Assembly: GCA_963924565.1 (NCBI GenBank)
Contig: OZ004611.1
Coordinates: forward strand, 21,886,001-21,950,000
Origin: Ascidiella aspersa
Lineage: Eukaryota
Reading direction: 5' to 3'
DNA length: 64,000 nucleotides
The first letter of the stretch is position 1. The number at the start of each line of letters is the position of its first letter. Position numbers and translations under genes: made by a program. A model generated the notes under the pieces. It ran no database searches. It was given only the letters and a program-made list of their open reading frames with translations, and was not told the origin of the DNA. Positions 12,837 to 26,343 of the stretch are shown one piece after another.

Positions 12837-15802
12837 ACGTCTTACTACAACCTCCAACCATTATGCTCCATTGTTCTAACCAAGATTTCTCCAAAATTTA
12901 AGATTTTTAAGCAAGCAATAAGATTGACTCATCCTAATTAAATTAAAATTCATTAATGCTACGTAACTGTACGATAATTGGTTCACCGCAAAAAAAAGTT
13001 AAGAAACACTGGTGTACACAGAGATTTTGTGCTCCAAAATATCTTCAACACTGGATAAAACGAAACTTTTCGACGCTAACACTTAATGATTACAAATATT
13101 TTCATCCAATTAATATACCTGTGTACTTGTTTTTTTCTATTGGTAATAAAAAACACAAAAACTTGCAGTTTAGTTATGTGTGTATAACCCACAGAAACCA
13201 ATAAACTATAAGAAGTTTCATTTAACCCGTTATTGAAAGACTATACGTATAGGTTAAAAGTTGGGCGGATTATTGATAAAACTTTATTCAGTTAAAGTGA
13301 ACGCAATACAGCTGGGTAATTCCTGCCTCACCAAGAGTTTAGGCATTCGAGCATTGTTTAGTAAACTGGGGTCTTTGAGGAAGTTTCATAGGCCCGCAAT
13401 AGATATTTTTAATAAAAAATTTTAGACCCTGTGTAGAATAGTTTGTATCAGTAGTGATTTGAGTTATTAAGTAATTAATGTCCCGTGATTAGTTTCATTT
13501 TACTGTTTGTTTTAAAATCTATAGGGTCCGCCGTAAGTTCAACGTAGCAAAGGAGATTGACAGATAGAAACGTTTGAGAAACATATAGAGACAAGCTGAA
13601 TGATTTATTAGAAAAATGGTATTCACCCTGTTAGGGCGAAATTCGTTAAATACAATACGAGTCCGACATCGGCTTAAAATAAAATCGACTCTCAAATCTG
13701 GCTTCTAAAACACTTGTTTCCCAACCGTATTTGTAACTGAAATAGGCTTGATTTACACTAGCAAGCCTGATGTGCGTGTGATATAGGCCTACCTTAACTA
13801 GCGACAATACGTTGGCGGAAAAGTATTCATCCTGTATCTATATTTACACTACAGAGTGCGGCCTTGTTGATTCCCAAATGATACCGGAAAGTAGCAAAAT
13901 AAACCGACTCCGTCGAGTCCTGAATTCCAAATCGGGCACTGATTTCCTCACCTATCCATTTAGGTACTATGTACACTGGTTAAAAAAACGCGGATTGAGA
14001 AAAGGCAAGTAAATTAAAATTTGCTGAACGGCAAAGCTGTTTTAGCTGGTGCCTAATTCCGCAACATTGTCCAATTGTATAAACCCTTAACTGGTTTACA
14101 AGGAGTGAAGAACCGAAGTTGCACTACAAAGGAGTTATTTATCAAAAAAGCTTCGTATAAGAGTTTTAAGCCTACATCCAATCTGAAATTATTTGATAAA
14201 CGTATATTATGGCAATAAACATTTGTTGTGAATTCAGATTTTAACCAGTGATGTAACTGTAGCACTACACACAATAAACTTTCCGTGACGCCCTCCAATA
14301 TAATGCCCCCTTTCCGGTTTATAAAGCTACTATAGTTTTAGTTGATGTCGCCATTTACTTAGCATCTTAGCCACGCGTATTTTGTATTCGAGAAAGTATA
14401 ACGTATTCAAAATGTCGATATGTTCAGCGTAACATAGTTCGGGATAAGGTACGTTTGCCTTACAAGATGTTTATATTATTGAGTGTTTTATTACGTACAC
14501 GCTACGGATAAATATAACCCCATGTTGGTCTGCTCTAGAATTAAGTGTTACTAACCTTCATTTGTGAAATGAAAAAAGTAACACATTTGAAACACCTTTA
14601 AAAACCTTTATAAAAAGGTGATACAAGATTTATAAGATGTCGGACAACTTTTAAAAATAAAATTACAATGATTTTATTTTTCAAGCAATTTCTAGTGCGA
14701 GAATTGGTTGGTGATTTGATAGGGTGTGTATATTTCAACAGGGAGACATGACCACCGTGCTATAAACTCCACTAAATCAAAACTAAATAAACTGTCTATG
14801 CATTTCAAAGGACATACTGTCGGGTCGCTTATAAATTCATTGTACATTCGAAAAATTTAGCATAACTCCGCTTTCAATAAAACAGCTTACAGCGCAGTAA
14901 AAACACGTCTCGCCAGTTAAGCATGCATATAGATGAAATAAGCTATTGCTGCCAGGCATAATATATAACGGAGTGTTGTTCTTCCAGCAGAAGAGCAACA
15001 CTCCGTTATATGCATATAGATGTTTATCCGGGAGCCGCGTGACACTGTATAGCACAAGAGAGAAATGCGTTGGGATTAGCTAAGTCAAAATGCCAACTGA
15101 ATTTGCCAGACAGGCCAGAAAAGGAAAAGAATATCGAGGTAAAATATTTAACACTTCACCAGGCAAACACGCTATAGGTTACAAGCACAAACAGACATGC
15201 ATCGTTTCTCTACAGGTGCAGCAAGGAAAAAGGTTAAGAACCACCGGTTTAAAGTGTAGTAAAAACAATCTCAAGTTAAAGGTTTTTTTGTTACAAGGAA
15301 AGTGAGCAACAGCTTTCACATGAGTGACAATTAGCTGCCAAGAATACTAAAACATAAGCAAATTAAGTTAGCTTTACGGTGTACTTTTTCCAAATGTTTG
15401 GTAGCTAAGTGGTATTTTTGTTAGATTTTGAAGGTGTTGATTTACATCTTTGATGTATTACTACTAGGTAATCGACGTGAAAGTAGCAATACTGTACTTG
15501 TTACATCTATGCTAAATAATTTTCAAGGGTAAAATAAGTCAGTTTTGTGTACCGGTACGTGTTTAGCCAGCATATTGCCGCTTGTCTATGTTACATCAAT
15601 AGGTGCACTTATCAAGTCACACGAAACAAAAGTATCAGCCAAATGGATAAAAAAAGTTTTTTGTATAGGTCTACATTGTGTGTAACTTATTGCACCTTGT
15701 CTATTAGAGATAAATGTTACTACTGTTTTTGTCAATTACTAAACCTATTTGTTTGAGGCTATTGCTGGTCAGATATCAGACATCAAGAAGCAGGCTGCAG
15801 TT

Positions 15803-18800
15803 ATGACCACAACTGAGGTAATTGGCAGCAGCCTCACCACCACAACTCCAACCCAAGCTCTTACGCCATACAACAGCACTAAACCTGTCCAAGCCGCCGT
15901 GAACCGGTTCCATCAGCCGGAGTGGGTCATCGCTGAGATGATCAGCATAGTCACGGTACTCTCTGTAACCTGGGTCGTCTGGTGCATGGCAATTTACGGA
16001 AGGCGGACTAGCAAGTGGAGAACGGAAAATGTGCGCGACGCCACGAAAGTTAACGCCGGGGCTGTTTACACATCGGCAATCGTTTGTATGCTGATGAGCT
16101 ATGCGCCTTTGCTGACTTCGCAGGTAAAAACTCTTGTGATAAGTTGCCATTTTAATATTGTGATCCATATAAGATCACCTTTTTGCGTTGCACGTAGGCT
16201 ACAGTAGGTAAGAAACGTCCTCAATCCATAACAACTGTATAGTTGACTTTAAAATTTAGAAGTTAGGAATGGTTTACCCAAGTAAAGCTACCTAAGTCAT
16301 TCCCTGCAGTAAAACTCTACGTTAATCTAATGACAAGTATCCAATTAGTTTTACAACCTATGGTTTTGCTTCAACCTTCAAAAGACAAGACGACTCTTTA
16401 CATAACGTGCCTGAGGTTTACAACAAATTAGATAATACTTGACTGTACATCGGTTGACTTTTGTATGAGCTTTGACATTTCTGCTACGTCTAGAAGCCCT
16501 ATATCTAAAATCTACACCACTATGCTGCAAACTTCAATGTTCTTGATTGTGTTGCACGTTTCCATAAAGCGTTACACCCGAAAAGAAACTAGCATTACAG
16601 AACACACATTAGGTTGACTAACTTCTCAGTTATTGTTGTAGCCACTATCAGTCTGCAAACGTCGAAGTGGTCGCAGATTTTAACAACCATGTTATGGTGT
16701 AACTACTCCAAAAGAAAAGTATATAATTATGGAAGCATGTTAATTGATCACATAACGACATGTGTTTTCCTGTTTAACTTACACCTCTTCCGTCATCCGT
16801 AAAACTCGCCAACACACGTGTTTTATCCTGGAAACTTTTAAGGCCATTTTCAACCTCGGTTACATGGACGACGGCCCCGGTCCTTGCGACACCGCGCTTG
16901 ACGTCTACGTCATCGCCTACTCGTTCACGATTGTCAGCGTGTATACCTTCCTCTGGTTCAGACAACGCTCTCTCCACCTTCACCCGGTCATGGCGGCGGC
17001 CACAGGCGGCACGTGGTTGCGGCGGTTGAGTTGGATCAGTATTAGTGTGATAGCTGGTGGCATATTCGTTGCTTGCGTGGCCTTCGTGATGCCGGGTAAG
17101 TCAGACCAATAGATATTGGTTCGAGAATAAATACCCTTAAACCAGTATAGTTCCAAACCAGGATGCCTAAGGATACTGGGGGTTAGTTTTGATTCTTATT
17201 CTACTACAGGGCTTTGCAACTTGCTTACGTCACTGTAGCACAATTGCTCAGTTTGCACCCCCAGTACATTCGAGTATTAGGCATAATCCCAGAGCTACAT
17301 GCTTAATGGGGAAGGCAGTTTGTTTTTTGCGAGCAACGAAATTGATTTAGTCAATGTTTTAAAAGAGAATGTACTTTATCGCCCTTTAGCAACAAAATTA
17401 CCTTTTTGTAAGAAACGTTTGTGGACTTCTTCGATATATAGGTCACTACGAACCCTAAGGGTCCCATGTACCACATATAAAAAGTCCCACTCAATTGCTA
17501 TAGGCTTCGTGATAAATTTATTTTTGTGCGATTAGAGCAGGGGTGGGCAAACTTTTTAGCTCGAGAGCCGCATTCAGAATCTGAATTTGTTCGAGGGCCG
17601 CACCGTATTATAATTGAGAATCTAAAATAGTAAAACCACTGAAAATCAGTACTTGCCGTTGGTAGCTGTTTTGCTTCTATTTTCGATTCAACTTTAGAGG
17701 ACACACAACGCTGACAGCATCAACCATACAATCTTTAATACATTCCGCTTCTACAAATGGCTTGTTGTGTTTTGAATTTTTATTGGCTAATGTTGGCTAT
17801 TGTCTCAAACATTTTTTTAATTCAGTCGCTTCATTTTGACACTCATGATTTGATAAATTGTGCCAAAATTAGGATGCTTGGTTTCAAAGTGACGTTTCAA
17901 ATTTTAATCTTTAAATACAGCAACGCTTCAATGACAAATCAAACATATTGCTTTACCTCCGACATACTTTTCTGTATATTCTTTCCAAGAATAAGATAAC
18001 ACTAGTAATGCGACATGCCGTACTCATAAATTTCCATTGTGACGTAATAGGCTGTTTAGCAACCTAAAGCCTGGTGCACACATGTGTCGTACGGCAGCTA
18101 ACACACTGCGGGCGAGAAATTGAAAATTGTCGCTCAATGAATGCAATTAAATATTTAAGCGAGCAATTTTATTAATATTTTTTATTCAAATCTCTTCAGA
18201 CTTCCGCGGGCCGCACAAAAAATTGTCACGGGCCGCATGCGGCCCGCGGGCAGTAGTTTGCCCACCTCTGGATTAGAGTGTAAAAATTTGGCAAACATTT
18301 ACTAGTTAGTTGTGTTTACTAGTTAGTTGTTGTATTGTTATCAATGTAAACGACTAGACGAAAATACTAGTATGCTGCCGCTGTTTTTATTAGCTATTTT
18401 GTAGGGCGCCGCTAAAGCCAAAAACGTTGGAAACCACTGCCTTATTGGGGCATAATCGTTGGAGGTTATAGTTAGACAAAGAGGAATAAAGAGCTATTCA
18501 AAACGTACGAAAAATGTCGTGTATACCTAAATGAGCTTTGATATTCATACTACCGCTTATACCTTTCGATCGAAAGAAACTTTTATAAATTATATTAAAA
18601 CGTTGGAATAAACTGGTCAAGATTTTACACTGCCAATCGAAACGTTTAACACTATAGGTTCTTGTTACAATACTTTTTCTATGTACCGAAAGAAGCTCTT
18701 TTTTGTGTCGTTTTGCTTTGCGTGGTGTTGTTTATTCCCTGATGAAGATATCCTGAATAAGTTCTGGTATCAACAGCATATTTATACTTTCTCTATTTTA

Positions 18801-19785
18801 TTTGAACTTAGTTTTACTTAATTCCTCTTATTGGGTGAGCCAAGGGTTCAATAGAAGGATTGGAGTGTAATATTCGACAGCTTAATTACGGAGCACGGAA
18901 TGGGGACCTGGCCAGTCAAATTAGAAACTTAACACATAATGGAATAAATAATGTAATACGGTTAACTTGTTTTGTGAAACGTTTCAATCGGTACACAAAT
19001 TTGCAGATAAAGTAAATAGGACATGTTTTCACCTAAGTATTTCTACGTGCTTGTGCATAGTCATCACCCAACTCATGTTTCTTCAATCACACGAACTGCT
19101 GTCGAAAAGTTCATTTGGGACCCAACCTTAACGTAAAACTTTCTTAACGTATGGCCAAGTGAGGCATATTTTCTCCTAAAATGCGTATGTTACCAAGCAA
19201 AGCTTTGTTTCCACATTCGTCAGCCCACGTTTTAGCGCGATTGGGCATGTGATATTAGGGTTTAACTTTAACATAACCTTCCTGTGCTCAGAAAACTACG
19301 CAAACTCGAGTCGCGGCTGCGTGTCGAAACCTTCGGGCGAGTTCGTGATCTGGCCGATCTACGTTAGCACAGGGATCGTGTGTTTCGGACAGGCGATCAT
19401 GCTCCTCCTCTTCTTTCAGCCTCTTCGCACCCGGACCTGCCGCCAGAGGGCAGCACGACGCGTTCGCCGCATCCTGAAGCGTTCGGCTTTCTTCGCGCTG
19501 CTCTGCGCCGCCTCGGATCTCGTCGCTATGGCAACGCTCGCCTTTGCTGTTCCCGAGAGCTCGACGCGTCACGTGACCACAACCGTGTATAATGTCAGTA
19601 TTGCTTTCAACCTGGTCAGTGTTCTATTAGCCTTCCAGTCGTGGCGCAAGATCTTGCGAGCTCCCTTCATGCGGCCGGGCGACCAAATCTCGGCTTCTTC
19701 CGTTGGTGTTTCAGGCTCTGTTGATTCGCTCGGAAATTCCAACGACGCGCAGCTGCGTGTTGTACTTCCAACCGGGATTCCGTAA
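15803..19785 (+). CDS. 7TM family locus 4a, three coding exons (15803-16123, 16843-17095, 19292-19785; 355 aa)
   Basis: Three ORF-track fragments carry consecutive parts of the family. Intron 1 is CAG|gtaaaa...tttaag|GCC (phase 0) and intron 2 is CCG G|gtaagt...ctcag|AA (phase 1). Splicing gives an open 1068-nt frame. Thr-rich N-terminus with sequon NST. Confidence 0.85.
17538..18270. mobile_element. Non-autonomous hAT-type element (MITE) in intron 2 of locus 4a
   Basis: TIRs CAGGGGTGGGCAAACT / AGTTTGCCCACCTCTG, perfect 8-bp TSD GATTAGAG, subterminal GCGGGCCGC motifs. Confidence 0.9.
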
Positions 19786-21081
19786 AAACGAACGCATAGT
19801 TCCCCTTTGGTTCGGTCGTCGATTTATGGAAGTTTTAGCAGTCGTTTGCTCTCAATGATAAAATCTGATCGGAGCCAAAATCCGATATTAAGTATCAGTG
19901 TGATTTGTTTGCCCACACTGATATGGTTTCGACTTAATTAATTTTTGGCAAATGAGCTTTAGGATTAATTTATTGAATCAAATGAAATTAAGTTTATTTA
20001 TTAAAGAAGACTTGCCTGGGATTTGAGTCGTTTGAAAATGACTTATAAAAACAACACTGCAGATTATGCTCGGCATTTTAGCAATTAGTTTGCCATCGAA
20101 CTCGGTTATTTTCACCTTCAAAGGCACCTCTTAAAAATATAGCATATAAACAACCAACCGTAACTAAGATGATTTTTCATCTATCAAACAAATTTTGCCC
20201 CAACAATCTGTGTAGCCCTATGCTAATTATAATGTTATCAATAACGCCCATTCAACTAAAGTATAGTGACCTTATTTGGTATCACATCACAGGGCCACAC
20301 TTTTAGGCTAAAATACCAGAAATCGCTCTCGGCAGAAATACGAGGTATTGTGTTTTTGTTGGACTGTAGCGAACCGTTGTTAAATCTGAAGCAAGTTAAT
20401 CTCAAATGACAGCTGTCTAGATGACGACGTTTCAAGTACCACAATTAGTGACCTAGTTCCTCGATAAAATTTCATTCGTTGCCTTAAAAATAAAAAAACA
20501 GAAACCGTCATTGCTTGCTAAACGTATAGCTACGTTCTGAGTCAGACGTCGTAAGGTTGTAAAACAGGCTTGATATTACTAAATAACCTGACGTCAACTC
20601 TGCATGACTGCGCTGCGTCTTTCTAAATATATATTGTCCTATACACAAAACGGCTTATGGTAATCTTAGTTTAATAAACCAAAAAGAATACCGTACTAAT
20701 AGATGAGTTACTTGAATGGTCTCTTCATTTTAGACAACCTATAGTGAACACGTGGTAGAGATAGTTCAACCGCTGTCTGTTATATTTTTTACTTTGCTGT
20801 GAGACTCTAATACTTACAAGCTATATTACATGTGACGAAAATTGTAACAAATACCAATTAGTAAATCAGGTATATATTTCTCACCCAGTGCCACACAGAG
20901 TTGCAGCAGTTCATAGAAAACAATTTTACCTTTTTGTTACAGCTTCGACAAACATTTGTAAAATTTAACAACGGAAATATCTAAAATACACTTAAACGAT
21001 AAAAGGAGCCAAGTTAAACTTCATAGCGCAAATACTGTATCGTAGCTGTTTTTTTTTTGTTTGGCTTCTCGAACAGTGCTG

Positions 21082-21990
21082 TTATTTCCGCACTAGCATA
21101 CACGAGATGATTTTGCGCCACGAGTCAAACGATAAAACCACGCAGAACAGGTTGCAGCACACGTTCAAGTCGAACACAGTCAACTTCAGTTGCTGTGTGG
21201 CTCGTGCCGGGACCACAGTCGAGCTGACCACTGCCAGTAACAGGTCACTTATCGTCATGGCGGCAGCAACGGCTGCGGAACGTTTCAGAATCCTCATAGC
21301 TGAACCGGCGATGCTAGTTTGCATTTGAAAGCGAAGAGGGTAAACGAAAAGGCCGATCAACAGCAACTGGCCGATCATCTGGGTGCCGAACGCCACGTAT
21401 AGCGGCCAGTAGACTGTGTTTTTGTGGTAGAAGGTAATACAGCCTCTGGTTGACCCGGTTAAGTCGTCTGGGTAAACAAAAGCAACAAGGGCGACCAATC
21501 CGCTGCTGAATGTTAGCAGCAGGGTTCCCCACTTGACGTACGACAGCCACCGGTCAAGGACCTGTATAGCGGCGATATGGCGATATAGGTAGAACTGTTT
21601 GAGCCACAGAACCAGAAACGCGCAAAATGTCGTTAGAGCGTAGAATACCGCCGAAGCGCCAATGGTCGTTTCGCAAGGCTCGCCCAGCGTTCCGTAGCCA
21701 ACGTTGAACGCCGCCTGGTTTAATGCTAGTCGTACAAGGGCGCAAAAAACGGCAGTAACTGTAGCGGTGTAGACCGACCTCGCGTTGATTTCTGCAATGT
21801 TGGTGACGCCCTTGTGCCACTTGCCGTTCCGTATTCCGTAAACTACGAAGCTAAGGCCGATCCAAAGCATGCAGAAAATAGCCAAGACGTTGAAAGCCTC
21901 GGCGACAATCCAGTCCGGTTGGTGAAAACGATTGGCTGGACTTGAGACATTGTTCGCTTCTGCAACAACAGGCAAGCTTCGGTTCTCCAT
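21082..21990 (-). CDS. 7TM family locus 5a (302 aa, intronless CDS)
   Basis: Motifs NRFHQPDWI, PCE, LWLKQ, STRGC, LFVYPLR, RILKRS, DLNVCCNLFCVVLSFDSWR. Sequons NRS and NVS. Confidence 0.9.
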   Translation of the reverse strand: MENRSLPVVAEANNVSSPANRFHQPDWIVAEAFNVLAIFCMLWIGLSFVVYGIRNGKWHKGVTNIAEINARSVYTATVTAVFCALVRLALNQAAFNVGYGTLGEPCETTIGASAVFYALTTFCAFLVLWLKQFYLYRHIAAIQVLDRWLSYVKWGTLLLTFSSGLVALVAFVYPDDLTGSTRGCITFYHKNTVYWPLYVAFGTQMIGQLLLIGLFVYPLRFQMQTSIAGSAMRILKRSAAVAAAMTISDLLLAVVSSTVVPARATQQLKLTVFDLNVCCNLFCVVLSFDSWRKIISCMLVRK

Positions 21991-22588
21991 CCTGCTTTAT
22001 CTTACGTTTAATTTGAGCCTAGTTCAGAAGTTAAAAATTACGAACATGTGCTCCTAAAGATTAAACAAGTCTGCGCAAAAACGCGATTGGATATTACATC
22101 AACGTAAAAATACAACTTCGAAAGCTTGTTTGCGCCTTTTTGTCGAAGTCATTTTCGCAGGTGAGCTTAATCGACTTAAAGATTTTATAGAGACAACAAA
22201 TAATAGTTGATATCAAAACCTATAATTTTTCAATCACAGCCTTATCTTCCAAAATTTCATCAACCGTATCCAACCATGGCCTTTCTAAACCTTATTGCAA
22301 AGTCTACATCAATCCCACTTCAAAAAGCGACACCACATCTTGTGTTGACAAACACTATGTAACCTAGACGTTTTACACAAGCGGAACTGAGCGGTTTCGA
22401 TGTGGTTCGGCATCGTTTTAGTGGCAAGGGCTATTCTGCGATGACGTCATAACGCACTGTTTTCATTTCAAAGTGACGTCACGCCGTGGTGGTGACTGAA
22501 GTTGTGGCGTACTTTCGCATCGTGCCCTATCGAGGTTGTGTTTTAAGCGTCCTGCATTTTAACGCAAAATGCTTATCGCGGTGGTGAC

Positions 22589-22914
22589 CAGGGCTGTGAA
22601 GTCAGAGCCGGACTCGGGACTCGGAACTGGACGGAGTCATTTTATTTGGGTAAAGTCGAACTCGAGAATGACTACTCGAGACTACTGAAGTCTCGAGACC
22701 GACGTGCCCTTGTGCAGTAACAAGCTCGGAACCGTTAAGGCCGCATACTGTAACTCCTAAAGGTGAAATAAAATAGAGTAAAATATTTTTACCCATGGTA
22801 CATCGGTGGGTAAGTTGTACGACGTCCTTATGAGAGAATTGCTGTATATCATCTCTATTTTATAAAATGGCGTGATGATGATACAGGGCTATCTAGTCAG
22901 AGCCGACAGCTCTG
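22589..22914. mobile_element. hAT-type MITE (duplicate at 33140-33465)
   Basis: TIRs CAGGGCTGT / ACAGCTCTG, 8-bp TSD GTGGTGAC/GTTGTGAC, degenerate GGAGTC-like subterminal repeats. Confidence 0.7.
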
Positions 22915-23698
22915 GTTGTGACCGCATCGGCTTAATATAGAAAGTCTGGAGCAGCGGTTCTTTAACTTTTTTGGACGCGCCCCTTTGACTCAATTTAACG
23001 ACACTCGCGCCCCCTTTCTAAATATTTTGTTTCGAAGCCACGAAGCCCGTGTGCTCACACTGTGCCCTTTAATGTACTCTTTATTCATTTTCTCTTTATT
23101 CATAGCCTATGTTAAAAATGAATAAAGAGTTATTCGAAACGTTCAAAATGCTACCTACTTCTGTATGGGCTTTGATATTCTTATTACGTCTTACTACAAC
23201 CTCCAACCATTATGCTCCATTGTTCTAACCAAGATTTCTCCAAAATTTAAGATTTTTAAGCAAGCAATAAGATTGACTCATCCTAATTAAATTAAAATTC
23301 ATTAATGCTACGTAACTGTACGATAATTGGTTCACCGCAAAAAAAAGTTAAGAAACACTGGTGTACACAGAGATTTTGTGCTCCAAAATATCTTCAACAC
23401 TGGATAAAACGAAACTTTTCGACGCTAACACTTAATGATTACAAATATTTTCATCCAATTAATATACCTGTGTATACTTGTTTTTTTCTATTGGTAATAA
23501 AAAACACAAAAACTTGCAGTTTAGTTATGTGTGTATAACCCACAGAAACCAATAAACTAAAAGAAGTTCCATTTAACCCGTTATTGAAAGACTATACGTA
23601 TAGGTTAAAAGTTGGGCGGATTATTGATAAAACTTTATTCAGCTAAAGTGAACGCAATACAGCTGGGTAATTCCTGCCTCACCAAGAGTTTAGGCATT

Positions 23699-23932
23699 CG
23701 AGCATTGTTTAGTAAACTGGGGTCTTTGAGGAAGTTTCATAGGCCCGAGCATTGTTTAGTAAACTGGGGTCTTTAAGGAAGTTTCATAGGCCCGAGCATT
23801 GTTTAGTAAACTGGGGTCTTTAAGGAAGTGTCATAGGCCCGAGCATTGTTTAGTAAACTGGGTCTTTGAGGAAGTGTCATAGGCCCGAGCATTGTTTAGT
23901 AAACTGGGGTCTTTGAGGAAGTTTCATAGGCC
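23699..23932 (+). repeat. 47-bp minisatellite, 5 units (single unit at 13348-13394 in copy 1)
   Basis: cgagcattgtttagtaaactggggtctttgaggaagtttcataggcc repeated head-to-tail with variants (taag, gtg and a 1-bp deletion). Confidence 0.95.
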
Positions 23933-26343
23933 CGCAATAGATATTTTTAATAAAAAATTTTAGACCCTGTGTAGAATAGTTTGTATCAGTAGTGATTTGA
24001 GTTATTAAGTAATTAATGTCCCGTGATTAGTTTCATTTTACTGTTTGTTTTAAAATCTATAGGGTCCGCCGTAAGTTCAACGTAGCAAAGGAGATTGACA
24101 GATAGAAACATTTGAGAAACATATAGAGACAAGCTGAATGATTTATTAGAAAAATGGTATTCACCCTGTTGGGGCGAAATTCGTTAAATACAATACGAGT
24201 CCGACATCGGCTTAAAATAAAATCGACTCTCAAATCTGGCTTCTAAAACACTTGTTTCCCAACCGTATTTGTAACTGAAATAGGCTTGATTTACAGTAGC
24301 AAGTCTGATGTGCGTGTGATATAGGCCTACCTCAACTAGCGACAATACGTTGGCGGAAAAAATATTCATCTTGTATCTATATTTACACTACAGAGTGCGG
24401 CCTTATTGATTCCCAAATGATACCGGAAAGTAGCAAAATAAACCGACTCCGTCGAGTCCTGAATTCCAAATCGGGCACTGATTTCCTCACCTATCCATTT
24501 AGGTACTGTACAATGCACACTGGTTAAAAAAACACGGATTAAGAAAAGGCAAGTAAATTAAAATTTGCTGAACGGCAAAGCTGTTTTAGTTGGCGCTTAA
24601 TTCCGCAACATTGTCCAATTGTATAAACCCATAACTGGTTTACAAGGAGTGAAGAACCGAAGTTGCACTACAAAGGAGTTATTTATCAAAAAAGCTTCGT
24701 ATAAGAGTTTTAAGCCTACATCCAATCTGAAATTATTTGATAAACGTATATTATGGCAATAAACATTTGTTGTGAATTCAGATTTTAACCAGTGATGTAA
24801 CTGTAGCACTACACACAATAAACTTTCCGTGACGCCCTCCAATATAATGCCCCCTTTCCGGTTTATAAAGCTACTATGGTTTTAGTTGATGTCGCCATTT
24901 ACTTAGCATCTTAGCCACGCGTATTTTGTATTCGAGAAAGTATAACGTATTCAAAATGTCGATATGTTCAGCGTAACATAGTTCGGGATAAGGTACGTTT
25001 GCCTTACAAGATGTTTATATTATTGAGTGTTTTATTACGTACACGCTACGGATAAATATAACCCCATGTTGGTCTGCTCTAGAATTAAGTGTTACTAACC
25101 TTCATTTGTGAAATGAAAAAAGTAACACCTTTAAAAACCTTTATAAAAAGGTGATACAAGATTTATAAGATGTCGGACAACTTTTAAAAATAAAATTACA
25201 ATGATTTTATTTTTCAAGCAATTCTTGAAGGGGGTGCGAGAATTGGTTGGTGATTTGATAGGGTGTGTATATTTCAACAGGGAGACATGACCACCGTGCT
25301 ATCTAAACTCCACTAAATCAAAACTAAACAAACTGTCTATGCATTACAAAGGACATACTGTCGGGTCGCTTATAAATTCATTGTACATTCGAAAAATTCA
25401 GCATAACTCCGCTTTCAATAAAACAGCTTACAGCGCAGTAAAAACACGTCTCGCCAGTTAAGCATGCATATAGATGAAATAAGCTATTGCTGCCAGGCAT
25501 AATATATAACGGAGTGTTGTTCTTCCAGCAGAAGAGCAACACTCCGTTATATGCATATAGATGTTTATCCGGGAGCCGCGTGACGCTGTATAGCACAAGA
25601 GAGAAATGCGTTGGGATTAGCTAAGTCAAAATGCCAACTGAATTTGCCAGACAGGCCAGAAAAGGAAAAGAATATCGAGGTAAAATATTTAACACTTCAC
25701 CAGGCAAACACGCTATAGGTTACAAGCACAAACAGACATGCATCGTTTCTCTACAGGTGCAGCAAGGAAAAAGGTTAAGAACCACCGGTTTAAAGTGTAG
25801 TAAAAACAATGTCAAGTTAAAGGTTTTTTTGTTACAAGGAAAGTGAGCAACAGCTTTCACATGAGTGACAATTAGCTGCCAAGAATACTAAAACATAAGC
25901 AAATTAAGTTAGCTTTACGGTGTACTTTTTCCAAATGTTTGGTAGCTAAGTGGTATTTTTGTTAGATTTTGAAGGTGTTGATTTACATCTTTGATGTATT
26001 ACTACTAGGTAATCGACGTGAAAGTAGCAATACTGTACTTGTTACATCTATGCTAAATAATTTTCAAGGGTAAAATAAGTCAGTTTTGTGTACCGGTACG
26101 TGTTTAGCCAGCATATTGCCGCTTGTCTATGTTACATCAATAGGTGCACTTATCAAGTCACACGAAACAAAAGTATCAGCCAAATGGATAAAAAAAGTTT
26201 TTTGTATAGGTCTACATTGTGTGTAACTTATTGCACCTTGTCTATTAGAGATAAATGTTACTACTGTTTTTGTCAATTACTAAACCTATTTGTTTGAGGC
26301 TATTGCTGGTCAGATATCAGACATCAAGAAGCAGGCTGCAGTT

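Larger units (their letters stand above)
12727..23075 (+). repeat. Tandem segmental duplication, copy 1 (~10.35 kb; loci 4a and 5a)
   Basis: Near-identical to 23076-33618 along its length, including introns and transposons. The ORF track shows paired ORFs offset by ~10.35-10.55 kb. Confidence 0.95.

Noticed and set aside
17143-18439. Older outer hAT element enclosing the 17538-18270 MITE
   Set aside because: The right end gttggaaaccactg is clear, but the left TIR and TSD are too degenerate to call boundaries.
23699-23932. CRISPR-like array
   Set aside because: Units are contiguous with no unique spacers, there are no cas genes, and the context is eukaryotic. It is a minisatellite.
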